This document shows, one piece after another, positions 43,327-52,346 of a stretch of 64,000 nucleotides of DNA. How positions within the stretch are numbered: the stretch's first letter is position 1; every line of letters begins with the position of its first letter. The notes under the pieces are model-generated. The model had not been told where the DNA came from. It searched no databases and saw only the letters and a list, made by a program, of their open reading frames with translations. This DNA is from Gemmatimonadota bacterium (GTDB lineage Bacteria > Gemmatimonadota > Gemmatimonadetes > Gemmatimonadales > GWC2-71-9), in assembly GCA_039591655.1 (NCBI GenBank), contig JBDHDE010000004.1, forward strand, positions 1,056 through 65,055. Direction: 5' to 3'. The position numbers and the translations under genes were made by a program.

Positions 43327-44445
43327 CTAATCCATGAGGAGCCGGCCGAAGGCGTCCTTCACCTCGGTGAGGGCCGCCTTCAGCTCTTGCTGCTCGTTGC
43401 CGTAGCTGAGCCGCAGGTGGAGCGGCATGTGGAAGTGCTCGCCCGGGACGAGCAGGATGTTCCGCTCTACCCGAATTCGCTCGACCAACTCGAGCGCGCT
43501 CAACGTGTGGCGGTAGCGCACCGTGCAGATGGCCCCGCAGTCGGGCCTGTGCCACTCGAAGAGGGTTCCGAAGCTGCGGAGGAAATCCTCCAGCACCGGA
43601 TAGTTCGCGTTGAGTATACCGCGGGTGCGGGCCAGGATCCGGTCGCGCACCGATAACGCGCGGGTTGCGAGGTAGTCGCTCGCGGGGCTGGGGCCGATCA
43701 CCGTGTAGTCGTGGCGGCGTACCACGGCCTCCTTGAACTCCTTCGAGCTCACGATCCAGCCGATGCGCAGCCCGGGTAGCCCGTACGCCTTCGACAACCC
43801 ACTCACCACGATTGCCCGCTCGTAGTCGCCCCAAAACGAGGGGGTTTCCACCCCGTCGAGCTCCGCACCCTGGTACACCTCGTCCACCAGCAACCAAGCC
43901 CCCGCGGCACGGGTCCGATCCATGATCACCCGTCGCGCCTCCGCCGACAGCCTGTGCCCCGTGGGGTTATTGGGATTGGTGACGACGACGAGCTTGGTAT
44001 TGGGCGCGATGGCGCGCTCGACTTCCTCGGGGTCGGGATCCCACGCGCGCTCGAAGTGCAGTGGGAACTCCGCCACGGTGGCCCCGAAATTCCGGGCCAG
44101 TCCCGGCGACTGCATGTAGACGGGGGTGAGGATCGCGACCCGGTCGCCCGGCTCGATCAGGGTCCAGCAGACGATGAAGTTCGCCTCTGCGCTGCCGACG
44201 GTGACGGTGACGTGATCTCGGGTGGCGCCGGTGTAGAGCGCGGCGATCGCCTCCCGCAGCGCATCGGTGCCGTCCGACTGGTTGTAGACCATCCGCAGGC
44301 TGGCCAGCTCCTTCATGTCGCCGCCGTACAGATCCAGGAGCTCGGCGATGGAGAGCGGGTGCACCCCGCTCTCGGTGAGGTTGTAGCTGACCTGGTTCTC
44401 CCAGGTGCTCTGCCAGCGCTCGAGCTCGAAGGATACGAATGACAC
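43327..44445 (-). CDS. Class I/II pyridoxal-phosphate aminotransferase
   Basis: 372 aa. 'VVVTNPNNPTG' and PLP-lysine motif 'SGLSKAYGLPGLRIGW'. Confidence 0.88.
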   Translation of the reverse strand: MSFVSFELERWQSTWENQVSYNLTESGVHPLSIAELLDLYGGDMKELASLRMVYNQSDGTDALREAIAALYTGATRDHVTVTVGSAEANFIVCWTLIEPGDRVAILTPVYMQSPGLARNFGATVAEFPLHFERAWDPDPEEVERAIAPNTKLVVVTNPNNPTGHRLSAEARRVIMDRTRAAGAWLLVDEVYQGAELDGVETPSFWGDYERAIVVSGLSKAYGLPGLRIGWIVSSKEFKEAVVRRHDYTVIGPSPASDYLATRALSVRDRILARTRGILNANYPVLEDFLRSFGTLFEWHRPDCGAICTVRYRHTLSALELVERIRVERNILLVPGEHFHMPLHLRLSYGNEQQELKAALTEVKDAFGRLLMD

Positions 44446-44516
44446 GCCGTCGCCCCGGTGAGTTGGTACCAGTCAAGGTACCGAAGCGACAGGATGTGCA
44501 GAAGGGATGGGAAGAA

Positions 44517-44546
44517 GATCGCCTCCCACCGCAGTGGGAGGCGATC
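44517..44546 (-). terminator. Intrinsic terminator for the DUF4097 gene
   Basis: Perfect 13-bp stem GATCGCCTCCCAC-CGCA-GTGGGAGGCGATC, 14 nt after the stop. On the minus strand it is followed by TTCTTCCCATCCCTTCT. Confidence 0.6.
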
Positions 44547-44559
44547 GGAGGAACTTCGA

Positions 44560-45627
44560 CTACGCTCCCTTGCGGATGCGCACGTCACCCGAGCCGGTGT
44601 CGATTAAGAGCCGGCCGTCGCCGTCGCCAATCGTTCCCCGGACGTGGGTGCGCTCCCACTTCTCCAGCTGAAGCGGGAGGTCGATGTCGATCCCGCCGCT
44701 CCCGGTGTCGATCTCAACGTCGGCGCCGAAGCTATCGGGGACCGTTACGGTCACCGAGCCCGAGCCGGTGTCGATCTCGACGTTCCGGGGGTCGGCGGCC
44801 AACTCGAGCTCGACCCGTCCACTGCCGGTGTCGAGGCGCACATCGCGGGCCACGGCCTCGCCCACCACGACGCTGCCCGATCCGGTGTCGATGTCGAGGT
44901 AGGTGACCGAGACCTGGGACGCGATGACACGGCCGGAGCCGGTGTCGACCCGCAGCACGTCGCCGCGGACACCCGTGACCTCCACCGATCCGGAGCCGGT
45001 GTCTAGGTCCACGTCGCCCTCGGCGTCGGAAACCGTGACCTGACCGGAGCCCACGTCCACCACGAGGGAGCCGCTGGTGCCGGTGGTCGTGACCGGCGCG
45101 CTGTGGGTATCGAGCCGCAGGGTGCCGTTGACGTTCGTGGCCGACATCGATCCGACCGCCAGGTAGACGTTCAAGGTCGTCCCGGCCGGCACGCTGATGG
45201 TGAGGTCCGCGTAGGCTTCCAGGCCCCCACCTGATCCGCTGATACGGACCCTGTTGCCGCGGTCGTGCCAGTCGTCGTGGTCGCCGTCGCTGAAGGTGCC
45301 GTTCTCACGCACTCTCAGCTCGGTGGATCCGTGGTCCCGGTAGCTGATGCGCTCAGCCGGGTAGATCACCCGTAGCGTTTCCCAGTCCCGAATGGGGCCG
45401 GTTTCGACCCGCAGGCGCTCTGCATCGTCGCCGCGGAGGCTCACCTCGACGACCACCGCCGAGCCGGAGCCGGCCTCGAGCCGGACCTCGCCGGCGAGGT
45501 TGTACACCGCGACCCGGTCGCCGGACACCTGGTACCGCTCGGTCTGCTGGGCTAGCAGCGATGACGCTGCCACGCCCCACCCGAGCGTGAGGGCCAGCGC
45601 CGCAGCCGTTCTCCGCTTGAGAAGCAT
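44560..45627 (-). CDS. DUF4097-family beta-strand-repeat protein (putative adhesin-like)
   Basis: 355 aa from MLLKRRTAAALALTLG (AGGAGA RBS). Signal peptide. Seven or more '(L/I)DTGSG(S/R)V' repeat units. Confidence 0.8.
   Translation of the reverse strand: MLLKRRTAAALALTLGWGVAASSLLAQQTERYQVSGDRVAVYNLAGEVRLEAGSGSAVVVEVSLRGDDAERLRVETGPIRDWETLRVIYPAERISYRDHGSTELRVRENGTFSDGDHDDWHDRGNRVRISGSGGGLEAYADLTISVPAGTTLNVYLAVGSMSATNVNGTLRLDTHSAPVTTTGTSGSLVVDVGSGQVTVSDAEGDVDLDTGSGSVEVTGVRGDVLRVDTGSGRVIASQVSVTYLDIDTGSGSVVVGEAVARDVRLDTGSGRVELELAADPRNVEIDTGSGSVTVTVPDSFGADVEIDTGSGGIDIDLPLQLEKWERTHVRGTIGDGDGRLLIDTGSGDVRIRKGA
44596..45005 (-). repeat. In-frame intragenic tandem repeat (57-63 nt period) encoding DTGSG beta-strand units
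   Basis: Plus-strand core GGTGTCGA recurs at 44596, 44704, 44767, 44827, 44884 and 44941, with the variant GGTGTCTA at 44998. Confidence 0.7.
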
Positions 45628-45856
45628 GGAGGAGTCTCCTGAGTTAGACGTACGTCCTCGTAAGGGGATCCCGTGGTTAGATAGGGCCGACGGCCGAAAC
45701 GTTGCATCCCGGCGTGTCCCCCTGGAGACGAGGTGGGGGATCGCCCCACACCTCGCATACATCTCGTACGGTTGGCTCCCGGTCCTGGTTTCCGGCGCCG
45801 AATCCGAGAGTGAGTGTCGGGGTGACGCGCCCCGGCGAGGGCCGTGGGGGAGACTC

Positions 45857-46792
45857 CTAGCCCGTGCCGGGCTCCGCCGGCGCCCGGGCGCCGGACTTCC
45901 CCTCGAGCCGGTTGTCGTAGTAGCGGTGTGTCGGGTAGGCGAAATCGATGTCGTCGCACTTGCCGAAGGCGGCAAGCACGTCTTCCCAGACGTCCTGGGT
46001 CGTACTCCGGCGGCGGCGCGGCTCGCACAGGTAGCGGACCGTGAGAAGCACGCCGCAATCGGCCACGCTGGTGTAAACGGTTGGGGTGAGCGTCGAGTAG
46101 AAGATCATGAACCGGCGGGAGACCTCCTTGATCCGCTCGGCCGCGTCTCGGGTCAGGTGGGCGGCGTGTTGCTGCGCGATCTCCTCGAGGATGTCCTTCG
46201 CCTTCTGCCAGTTGCTCTCGAACGTGATCAGGACCGGCAGCTCGTTCCAGATGTACTGGAAGCCCTTGCTGTAGTTGGCCAGGACCTCGGTGAGCACCTT
46301 GCCGTTGGGGATGTGGATTACACGACCGGTGCTCTGATCGGCGTCCACCCAGTTGCCGATCTCCAGCACGGTGAACTGGAAGATCCTGATATCGATGACG
46401 TCCCCGGCCTGGTCGCCGATCTGGATGCGGTCACCCGTCTCGAACGGGCGGCGCCACAGTATGAACACCCACCCGGCCAGGTTCCCCAGCAGGTCCTTGA
46501 GGGCAATGGCGATACCCGCCGAGACCAGGCCCAGGAAGGTTGCCACAGACGAGAAGCCCTCGATCCAGATCCGTCCCACGACCAGGATGCCGACGGGAAC
46601 GACGATGTAGGAGCTGACCTTCTGCCAGCGGTAGCGGGCCCGGACGTCCTCCACCCGGCGCCAAACGACCCACATCACGATCCGCCGGATCGCCCACAGG
46701 ATCAGGATCGCCAGGAGCGTATCCGTGATCCGGTCCAGGGCACCCGGGCTCAGGCCGAGGGCAGACTGTAGCCAGTCAGAGATCGCCGTCAT
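45857..46792 (-). CDS. Mechanosensitive ion channel (MscS) family protein
   Basis: 311 aa. Three N-terminal TMs. 'PFETGDRIQIGDQAGDVIDIRIFQFTVLEIGNW' beta-domain signature. Confidence 0.88.
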   Translation of the reverse strand: MTAISDWLQSALGLSPGALDRITDTLLAILILWAIRRIVMWVVWRRVEDVRARYRWQKVSSYIVVPVGILVVGRIWIEGFSSVATFLGLVSAGIAIALKDLLGNLAGWVFILWRRPFETGDRIQIGDQAGDVIDIRIFQFTVLEIGNWVDADQSTGRVIHIPNGKVLTEVLANYSKGFQYIWNELPVLITFESNWQKAKDILEEIAQQHAAHLTRDAAERIKEVSRRFMIFYSTLTPTVYTSVADCGVLLTVRYLCEPRRRRSTTQDVWEDVLAAFGKCDDIDFAYPTHRYYDNRLEGKSGARAPAEPGTG

Positions 46793-46865
46793 GCGCGTGC
46801 AGGGTCCTGATTGGGTTCGGTCCGGTCACCAATCTGGCCGCCGTCCGGGGTACCGGACTGCGACG

Positions 46866-47516
46866 TCAATCACATCCCAGTGTCGTGAGGCCCTGTGGCT
46901 CGGCGACCCAGTAGTCGGGCTCGTGGGCCGCCAGAGCCTTCCTGGAAAAGGGCCCCCAGAGCACGGCGGCGGTGGCGACGCCGGCCGCCCGCCCGGAGGC
47001 CATGTCGTGGGGCGAGTCGCCGATGAACACAGTCTCCTCGGGAGTCGCATCCAGGAGCGTGACGGCGTGCTCCACCGGCTCCGGGTGGGGCTTGTGCCGT
47101 CGGACGTCGTCAGCGGACACCACGACCGGGAAGAGGCCGTCGAACCCGCCCTTGGCGAGTCCCATCCCGGCGCCCCGGCGCTTCTTGCTGGTGACCACCC
47201 CGAGCTTCGCGCCCCGGGCGTGGAGTGCCCGCACCGCCTGGAGGACGCCAGGGTACTCCCGCACTAGGGCGTCGTGGTTGGCTAGGTTGTGCTCCTGGTA
47301 CGTGGCTACCATGGCCTCGATCTCGTCTGCATCATCGGTGAAGCGCTTGAACTGAGCTCGTAGTGGGGTGCCCAGCCCCGCGAGCCAGGCCTCGTCGAGG
47401 GGCACCTCTCCCCGATGGTTGGTGAGTGTGTGCCGGTAGGAGCTCAGGATGAGGTCGATGGAATCGATCAGCGTCCCGTCGAGATCGAACAGGAAGGTAT
47501 TGAGTGCGCGTGGCAT
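46866..47516 (-). CDS. HAD-superfamily hydrolase (PGP/PpaX-like subfamily IA)
   Basis: 216 aa from MPRALNTFLFDLDGTLIDS (ATG 47516). Motif II 'VVTSKKR', motifs III/IV 'KPHPEP...GDSPHDMASG'. Confidence 0.88.
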   Translation of the reverse strand: MPRALNTFLFDLDGTLIDSIDLILSSYRHTLTNHRGEVPLDEAWLAGLGTPLRAQFKRFTDDADEIEAMVATYQEHNLANHDALVREYPGVLQAVRALHARGAKLGVVTSKKRRGAGMGLAKGGFDGLFPVVVSADDVRRHKPHPEPVEHAVTLLDATPEETVFIGDSPHDMASGRAAGVATAAVLWGPFSRKALAAHEPDYWVAEPQGLTTLGCD

Positions 47517-47535
47517 TGAGCCAATATAGTGGGCC

Positions 47536-48528
47536 ATGATGTGGATCGCCGTTGGCCTCCTCCTGCTCTGCGGCTTGGCGGCCCTGGCGTGGTACGTGAC
47601 CGCCATGCCGGAAACGTCGTACCGGGGTGAGCTCCCGCCGCTGGGGGAACGCCAACGGGAGCTGCGCGACCGCCTGGAGCGGCACGTCGTGGTGCTGGCT
47701 GGCGAGATCGGGGAACGGCACGTCTGGCGCCTGGGTGCTCTGGAGGCGGCCGCGCAGTACATCGAGGACGAGCTTGCGGCGCTGGGCTACCCCGTGGGGA
47801 GCCAATCCTACGATGCGCTGCACGCCACTGTGCGCAACCTCCACATCGAGCTCTCAGGCGGAGAGCGGCGCGAGGAGATCGTCGTGCTCGGGGCCCACTA
47901 CGACTCGGTGGTGGGGTGTCCCGGGGCGAACGACAACGGGACGGGGGTAGCGGCGCTCCTTGAGCTGGCACGGCTCGCTGCGGGGCGCCGCTTCACCAGG
48001 ACCCTCCGGTTCGTAGCGTTCGTCAACGAGGAGCCGCCGTTTTACTTCACCGGCTCCATGGGGAGCCGCGTGTACGCGCGCCAGTGCCGTGCTCAGGGCG
48101 ACCGGATCGTCGGCATGCTCTCCCTCGAGACGATCGGCTGCTACTCGGACCGGATGGGGAGCCAGCGCTACCCCTTCCCCTTCGGTTTGCTGTATCCGCG
48201 CATGGGGAACTTCATCGGCATCGTCGGGAACCTGCGCTCGCGTGCCCTCGTGCGACGTTGCGTCGGCGCCTTTAGGCGCCAGGCACGGTTCCCCTGCGAG
48301 GGTGCCGCAGCGCCGGGATACCTCCCCGGCGTGTTTTGGTCCGACCATTGGTCTTTCTGGCGGGAGGGCTACCGCGCCGCCATGGTCACGGACACGGCGC
48401 CGTTCCGCTACGCCCATTACCACACTCCCCATGACACCCCCGACCAGGTGGATTACGACGGCACCGCGCGGGTCGTGGAAGGGCTCGCCGGGGTGATGGA
48501 GGAGCTCGCCGGCGGCGCGTCAGGGTAG
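47536..48528 (+). CDS. M28-family zinc aminopeptidase, membrane-anchored
   Basis: 330 aa. N-terminal TM. 'VLGAHYDSV', 'GANDNGTGVAALLELARL', 'FVAFVNEEPP', 'SDHWSFW'. Confidence 0.85.
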   Translation: MMWIAVGLLLLCGLAALAWYVTAMPETSYRGELPPLGERQRELRDRLERHVVVLAGEIGERHVWRLGALEAAAQYIEDELAALGYPVGSQSYDALHATVRNLHIELSGGERREEIVVLGAHYDSVVGCPGANDNGTGVAALLELARLAAGRRFTRTLRFVAFVNEEPPFYFTGSMGSRVYARQCRAQGDRIVGMLSLETIGCYSDRMGSQRYPFPFGLLYPRMGNFIGIVGNLRSRALVRRCVGAFRRQARFPCEGAAAPGYLPGVFWSDHWSFWREGYRAAMVTDTAPFRYAHYHTPHDTPDQVDYDGTARVVEGLAGVMEELAGGASG

Positions 48529-48551
48529 GCCACGGAGCACCGCGGCGCCGC

Positions 48552-50996
48552 TCACTGGCCGATGGGCGTCCCTGGCGGGGGAGGCCGCGGTCGGCTGCGG
48601 TCGGTGGGGTCGTATGGCCGGCTGAGGAATCGCTCGACCTCCTCCCAGGCGTGCTGCAGGTGGGCCTGCTCCTCGGGGAGCCGGGGCGACCGGGTCTGGA
48701 TGCTCTCGGAGATCCAGCGCAGCCCCCACTCGGCGGCGGCCCGGGACTCAGGAGTGGCAGCTGCGTTGCTCGCCAGATCGATCAGCTCGTCCACCACCAC
48801 CCGCTGCACCACGCGGCGCAGCGCCGCCTCCGCACCCCGCGGCTGCGTGCCCCAGGTGCGCTCATTGAGGCGGGCGATCACCTCCTCCAGCGCCGGGACT
48901 TCACTCATGCGCTGGTGCAGCGCCGTGAGCCGGGCGGCGCGGCGCGGTGCCAACAGGTTCCCGACGATCATCGCTGCGAGCGTGCGGGCGGCCCCGATCT
49001 GGTCGAACGCCGGGTAGGCGTCGGAGCCGAAGGACCATTGGTCGGTCCGCTGGCCGAGCGCCCGCGGCGCCATGAGCTGGAGCACACCCTCCGGAATCGC
49101 CAACTGCTCCGGCTCGAGGGCGTCGAGCACGAGCTCGAGGGCCCGGCGCTGCCGCTCGGGCTCGATGATCCGAGTTGGCACCAGGCTGTCGCCGCGCACG
49201 GCATAACGGTACTCCATGCCGCCGACGGCCTTGGTCGCCGCCTCCAGGGCGTAGCGGTGGTGCAGGTACACGGGCACGAACCGCTGATTGAGCCACACCA
49301 GCGGATCGCCTTCCCGGATAGCGCGCTCGTCGAACCGCTCGATGAGCGTTTGGCGAACCTCCATCACACGGGCCAGCTCGTCCACTGCGTCGTCCCCGTT
49401 GATCCACCGGGTAACCTCCGGATAGGAGCCCGAGACGGTGGCGTCGCCGTCGGTCAGGAATGCCACCCCGCTGTCCAGTGCCTCCTGCACGATGGCCCGC
49501 AGGCCCGCGGCTTCTTCTGCGGCGTCTGCGAATTCGGTGTAGCCGTAGCGGATGGCGATGGAGTCGTAGGCGCCCGGCCCGTCGCGGTAAGCATCCGAGA
49601 GGTCGATGGCGCCCTCCCCCAGCCGGATCAGGGGACCAGGGTAATCCATGACCGAAGCGCGGCCGTAGCTCGCCGCGATGAAGTTGTGTGCCAACCCCAG
49701 GGTGTGACCGACCTCGTGGGCGGCGTGCTGCCGGCGCCGCGCCATGGTGAACTCCACGGCCGTCACGTTGGAGTCGAGGGAGGCGAGCCAGTCGCCGAAG
49801 GCGCCCTCGTCGAGCTCGGCCAGGCCGGGGAGGGTTGCGGCGTAGATGTTGTAGTCCGTGAGAGAGCGGTAGGAGTCCATCCGGACCGCCGCCTTGATGA
49901 TCTCGCCCGTGCGGGGATCGATGAACGAGGGCCCGATGGAGAACCCCGCGTCGCTGCGGTGCACCCACTGGATCACGTTGAACCGGGCGTCCAGGGGATC
50001 CATCTCCTCGGGCATGTCCTCGACGCGGAAGGCGTTGACGAAACCGGCCGCTTCGAACACCCGGTTCCACCACATCGCCCCCTCCCGAAAGGCCGAGCGA
50101 TAGGGCTCGGGAATGCCCCAGTCCAGGTAATAGACGATGGGCTCCACCGGCTCCGAGGAAGCGGCGGTCGGATCCCGTCTGGTGAGGCGGTGTCGAGCGA
50201 TGTAGCCGTCCTCGTAGCGTGAATCGAGGGGGCGCGAGAAGTCGTAGAACGACATCTGGTAGTTGCCGATGCGCGGGTCGCCCCGACGGGGCCGGAAGCC
50301 CTCGTCCGGGAGTCGCACCAGGGAGTGATGCTGCCTGAGGGTGACCGCGCCTGCGGCGGGAGCGTGCTGCCGCACCAGGGATCCTGGCTCGCTCGATGTG
50401 AACGTGAGTGAGACCTCGACCTCGGTGTTGAGCGGGAAAGCCCTGGTCCGCGGCAAGTATACTGTGCTCCGGTCCTGCTCGAGGGAGAAGCGCCCCTGGT
50501 CGGCCCGCTCGAGCCGCCGTGGCACCCCCGCATGGTCCGCCACGAAGTGGGACGTGGCATCGACCAGGAGGCGCCCGCCCTCCTCCGCCAAGATCTCGAA
50601 GGCTGCCACCGTGGACGTGGGGAACGATTCCTCCACCGAGCGACGCAAGGCCGCGTTGTCGGTGTTCACGGCGCGGAACCGCGGATTGCGCAGCACCAAC
50701 AGGACCTTGGGGCCCACCCGCTCGAAGCGCGCGATCCACTCGTCCATGATCGTTCCCCGGTCGAGGCCCAGGCGGGTGTGGCCCATACCGGTGGCCAGCG
50801 AGGTGAGGTAGATGAACTCCCGGCCGGGCTGTGGGATCTCCAGCAGCAGTCGACCGCCCGCGGCATCCCAGTAGAGTGGGAAGAAGCCGTCTCGCTTCTC
50901 CATGCCCCTCGTGTAGTCGCCGACGGACTGCTGGGCGGTACCGTCCAGCGGGGCGGCGAGCAGGGCGGCGAGCGCGACTAGGAAGACGCGGCGCAT
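48552..50996 (-). CDS. Secreted zinc-dependent metalloprotease (DUF5117/DUF5118-type)
   Basis: 814 aa from MRRVFLVALAALLAAPL (AAGGAG RBS). 'HEVGHTLGLAHNF' HExxH motif. The overall length and N-terminal beta domain resemble this family. Confidence 0.85.
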   Translation of the reverse strand: MRRVFLVALAALLAAPLDGTAQQSVGDYTRGMEKRDGFFPLYWDAAGGRLLLEIPQPGREFIYLTSLATGMGHTRLGLDRGTIMDEWIARFERVGPKVLLVLRNPRFRAVNTDNAALRRSVEESFPTSTVAAFEILAEEGGRLLVDATSHFVADHAGVPRRLERADQGRFSLEQDRSTVYLPRTRAFPLNTEVEVSLTFTSSEPGSLVRQHAPAAGAVTLRQHHSLVRLPDEGFRPRRGDPRIGNYQMSFYDFSRPLDSRYEDGYIARHRLTRRDPTAASSEPVEPIVYYLDWGIPEPYRSAFREGAMWWNRVFEAAGFVNAFRVEDMPEEMDPLDARFNVIQWVHRSDAGFSIGPSFIDPRTGEIIKAAVRMDSYRSLTDYNIYAATLPGLAELDEGAFGDWLASLDSNVTAVEFTMARRRQHAAHEVGHTLGLAHNFIAASYGRASVMDYPGPLIRLGEGAIDLSDAYRDGPGAYDSIAIRYGYTEFADAAEEAAGLRAIVQEALDSGVAFLTDGDATVSGSYPEVTRWINGDDAVDELARVMEVRQTLIERFDERAIREGDPLVWLNQRFVPVYLHHRYALEAATKAVGGMEYRYAVRGDSLVPTRIIEPERQRRALELVLDALEPEQLAIPEGVLQLMAPRALGQRTDQWSFGSDAYPAFDQIGAARTLAAMIVGNLLAPRRAARLTALHQRMSEVPALEEVIARLNERTWGTQPRGAEAALRRVVQRVVVDELIDLASNAAATPESRAAAEWGLRWISESIQTRSPRLPEEQAHLQHAWEEVERFLSRPYDPTDRSRPRPPPPGTPIGQ

Positions 50997-51247
50997 ACGG
51001 GGCTCCTTGGACGGTGGCAGCTCTCGGTGGACGTGCAGAACGGCCAAAGTTGGGGCGGCCGGCGGGAAACCGAAAGCGCAAGCGGTCCCCTGTTGCCGCC
51101 GGCGTGGTGCCAGGGTGTCGCTGAGGCTGGCGGCCTCTCCGTAAGTGGTTTTCGATGAATGACTTATGTCGTATCTGGGGAGATCGTGGCTTTGCCGGGT
51201 ACCAGAGGAGCCCTACCTTGGCCGGGGGCTCTCAGGGAGTCGACAGC

Positions 51248-52273
51248 GTGGATCCTGTAACGGTGGGCCTGCTGGCAGTAGTCCTCGTTCTCGCTACGGC
51301 GCTGGTTGTGGCATTGCTCCGTTGGGGGAGTATCCCCGGGGCGCTGCAGCAGCAACTCGTCGAGCTGCGGTCGCGGATGGATACCCTGGTGAACACCCAG
51401 GGCGAGGTGCCCAGGACGTTGGCCGAGGGGAGTGCGGAGCAGGCCAGGTCCCTGGCGGACGTGCGGGAACAGCTGGCCAGGCTGCAGGACGCGACCGCCC
51501 GGCTGGAGACGGTGGGGCGGGCGGTGCTGGACGTACAGGAGCTGCTCAAGGTCCCCAAGCTGCGCGGGACTCTCGGGGAGGTATGGCTGGAGGAGCTTCT
51601 GCGGCAGGTCTTCCCCGAGGGCCTGTACCAAACCCAGTACGGCTTCCGCACCGGTGAGCGGGTGGACGCCGTGGTACGTGTCGGGGATCGGCTGCTCCCC
51701 ATCGACGCCAAGTTCCCGCTCGAGTCCTGTCAGCGGCTGTTCGCCGCCGCGCCGGACCAGGCCGACCGCGAGCGGCGCGCCTTCCGCCGTACTCTCAAGG
51801 CCCGCATCGACGAGATCGCCGACAAGTATATCCGTCCTGAAGAGGGCACCTTCGACTTCGCTTTCATGTACGTGCCGGCGGAGAACGTCTACTACGAAGC
51901 CGTGGTGCGTGGGGAAGCGGTCGAGGACGACCAGGGCGTTGTGGCCTACGCGCTGGAGCGCCGGGTGATCCCGGTTTCGCCCAACACCTTCTATGCCTAC
52001 CTGGCAGCCATCCTCCACGGCCTCCGCGGGCTCGAGGTCGAGCAGCGGGCGCGGGAGATCCTGGCGTCCCTGACCGGCCTCGAGCAACAGGTGACGCGGT
52101 TTCAGCAGACCCACGAGCTCGTGGGCCGGCACCTGGAGCACGCCGTGAAGCAGCACGCCCAGGCCAGCGCCGAGCTGGCAGGGGTGCGCCAGCGGGTGGA
52201 GCGGCTCACCGGCGTGGAGCCGTCGGCGCGGACGGCCCTTGCGGGGTCGGATTCACGCCGTGCCGGCAGTTGA
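51248..52273 (+). CDS. rmuC: DNA recombination protein RmuC
   Basis: GTG 51248 (AGGGAG 8 nt upstream) gives an N-terminal TM 'VGLLAVVLVLATALVVALL'. The track ORF begins at ATG 51155 without an RBS. Coiled-coil then 'DAKFPLE...FMYVPAENVYYE...PNTFYAYL'. Confidence 0.85.
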   Translation: MDPVTVGLLAVVLVLATALVVALLRWGSIPGALQQQLVELRSRMDTLVNTQGEVPRTLAEGSAEQARSLADVREQLARLQDATARLETVGRAVLDVQELLKVPKLRGTLGEVWLEELLRQVFPEGLYQTQYGFRTGERVDAVVRVGDRLLPIDAKFPLESCQRLFAAAPDQADRERRAFRRTLKARIDEIADKYIRPEEGTFDFAFMYVPAENVYYEAVVRGEAVEDDQGVVAYALERRVIPVSPNTFYAYLAAILHGLRGLEVEQRAREILASLTGLEQQVTRFQQTHELVGRHLEHAVKQHAQASAELAGVRQRVERLTGVEPSARTALAGSDSRRAGS

Positions 52274-52346
52274 CGACTGCTTGACGGGCCTCCTCGAGGC
52301 TCGACCCGAGGGACAGACCCGGCTCGAGGGCTCTGGTGTGAAGCGT

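Noticed and set aside
44596-45005. Regularly spaced about 60-nt repeats that could be mistaken for a CRISPR-like or minisatellite array
   Set aside because: The repeats are in frame within a 355-aa ORF and encode the DTGSG beta-strand units of a DUF4097 protein. The sequence between the cores is part of the same repeat, not unique spacers, and no cas genes are present.
45729-45755. Hairpin CGAGGTGGGG-GATCG-CCCCAC(AC)CTCG in the 229-nt MscS/DUF4097 spacer
   Set aside because: The stem is bulged and has no U-tract. It could be an MscS terminator or nothing. The evidence is insufficient to call a feature or an ncRNA.
48901-51081. 726-aa same-strand alternate-frame ORF, plus the 523-aa antisense ORF at 48651-50222
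   Set aside because: Both overlap the Zn-metalloprotease gene, which has HEVGHTLGLAHNF, a signal peptide and an RBS. The alternate frames are extreme Arg/Pro/Gly sequences with no domain signatures.
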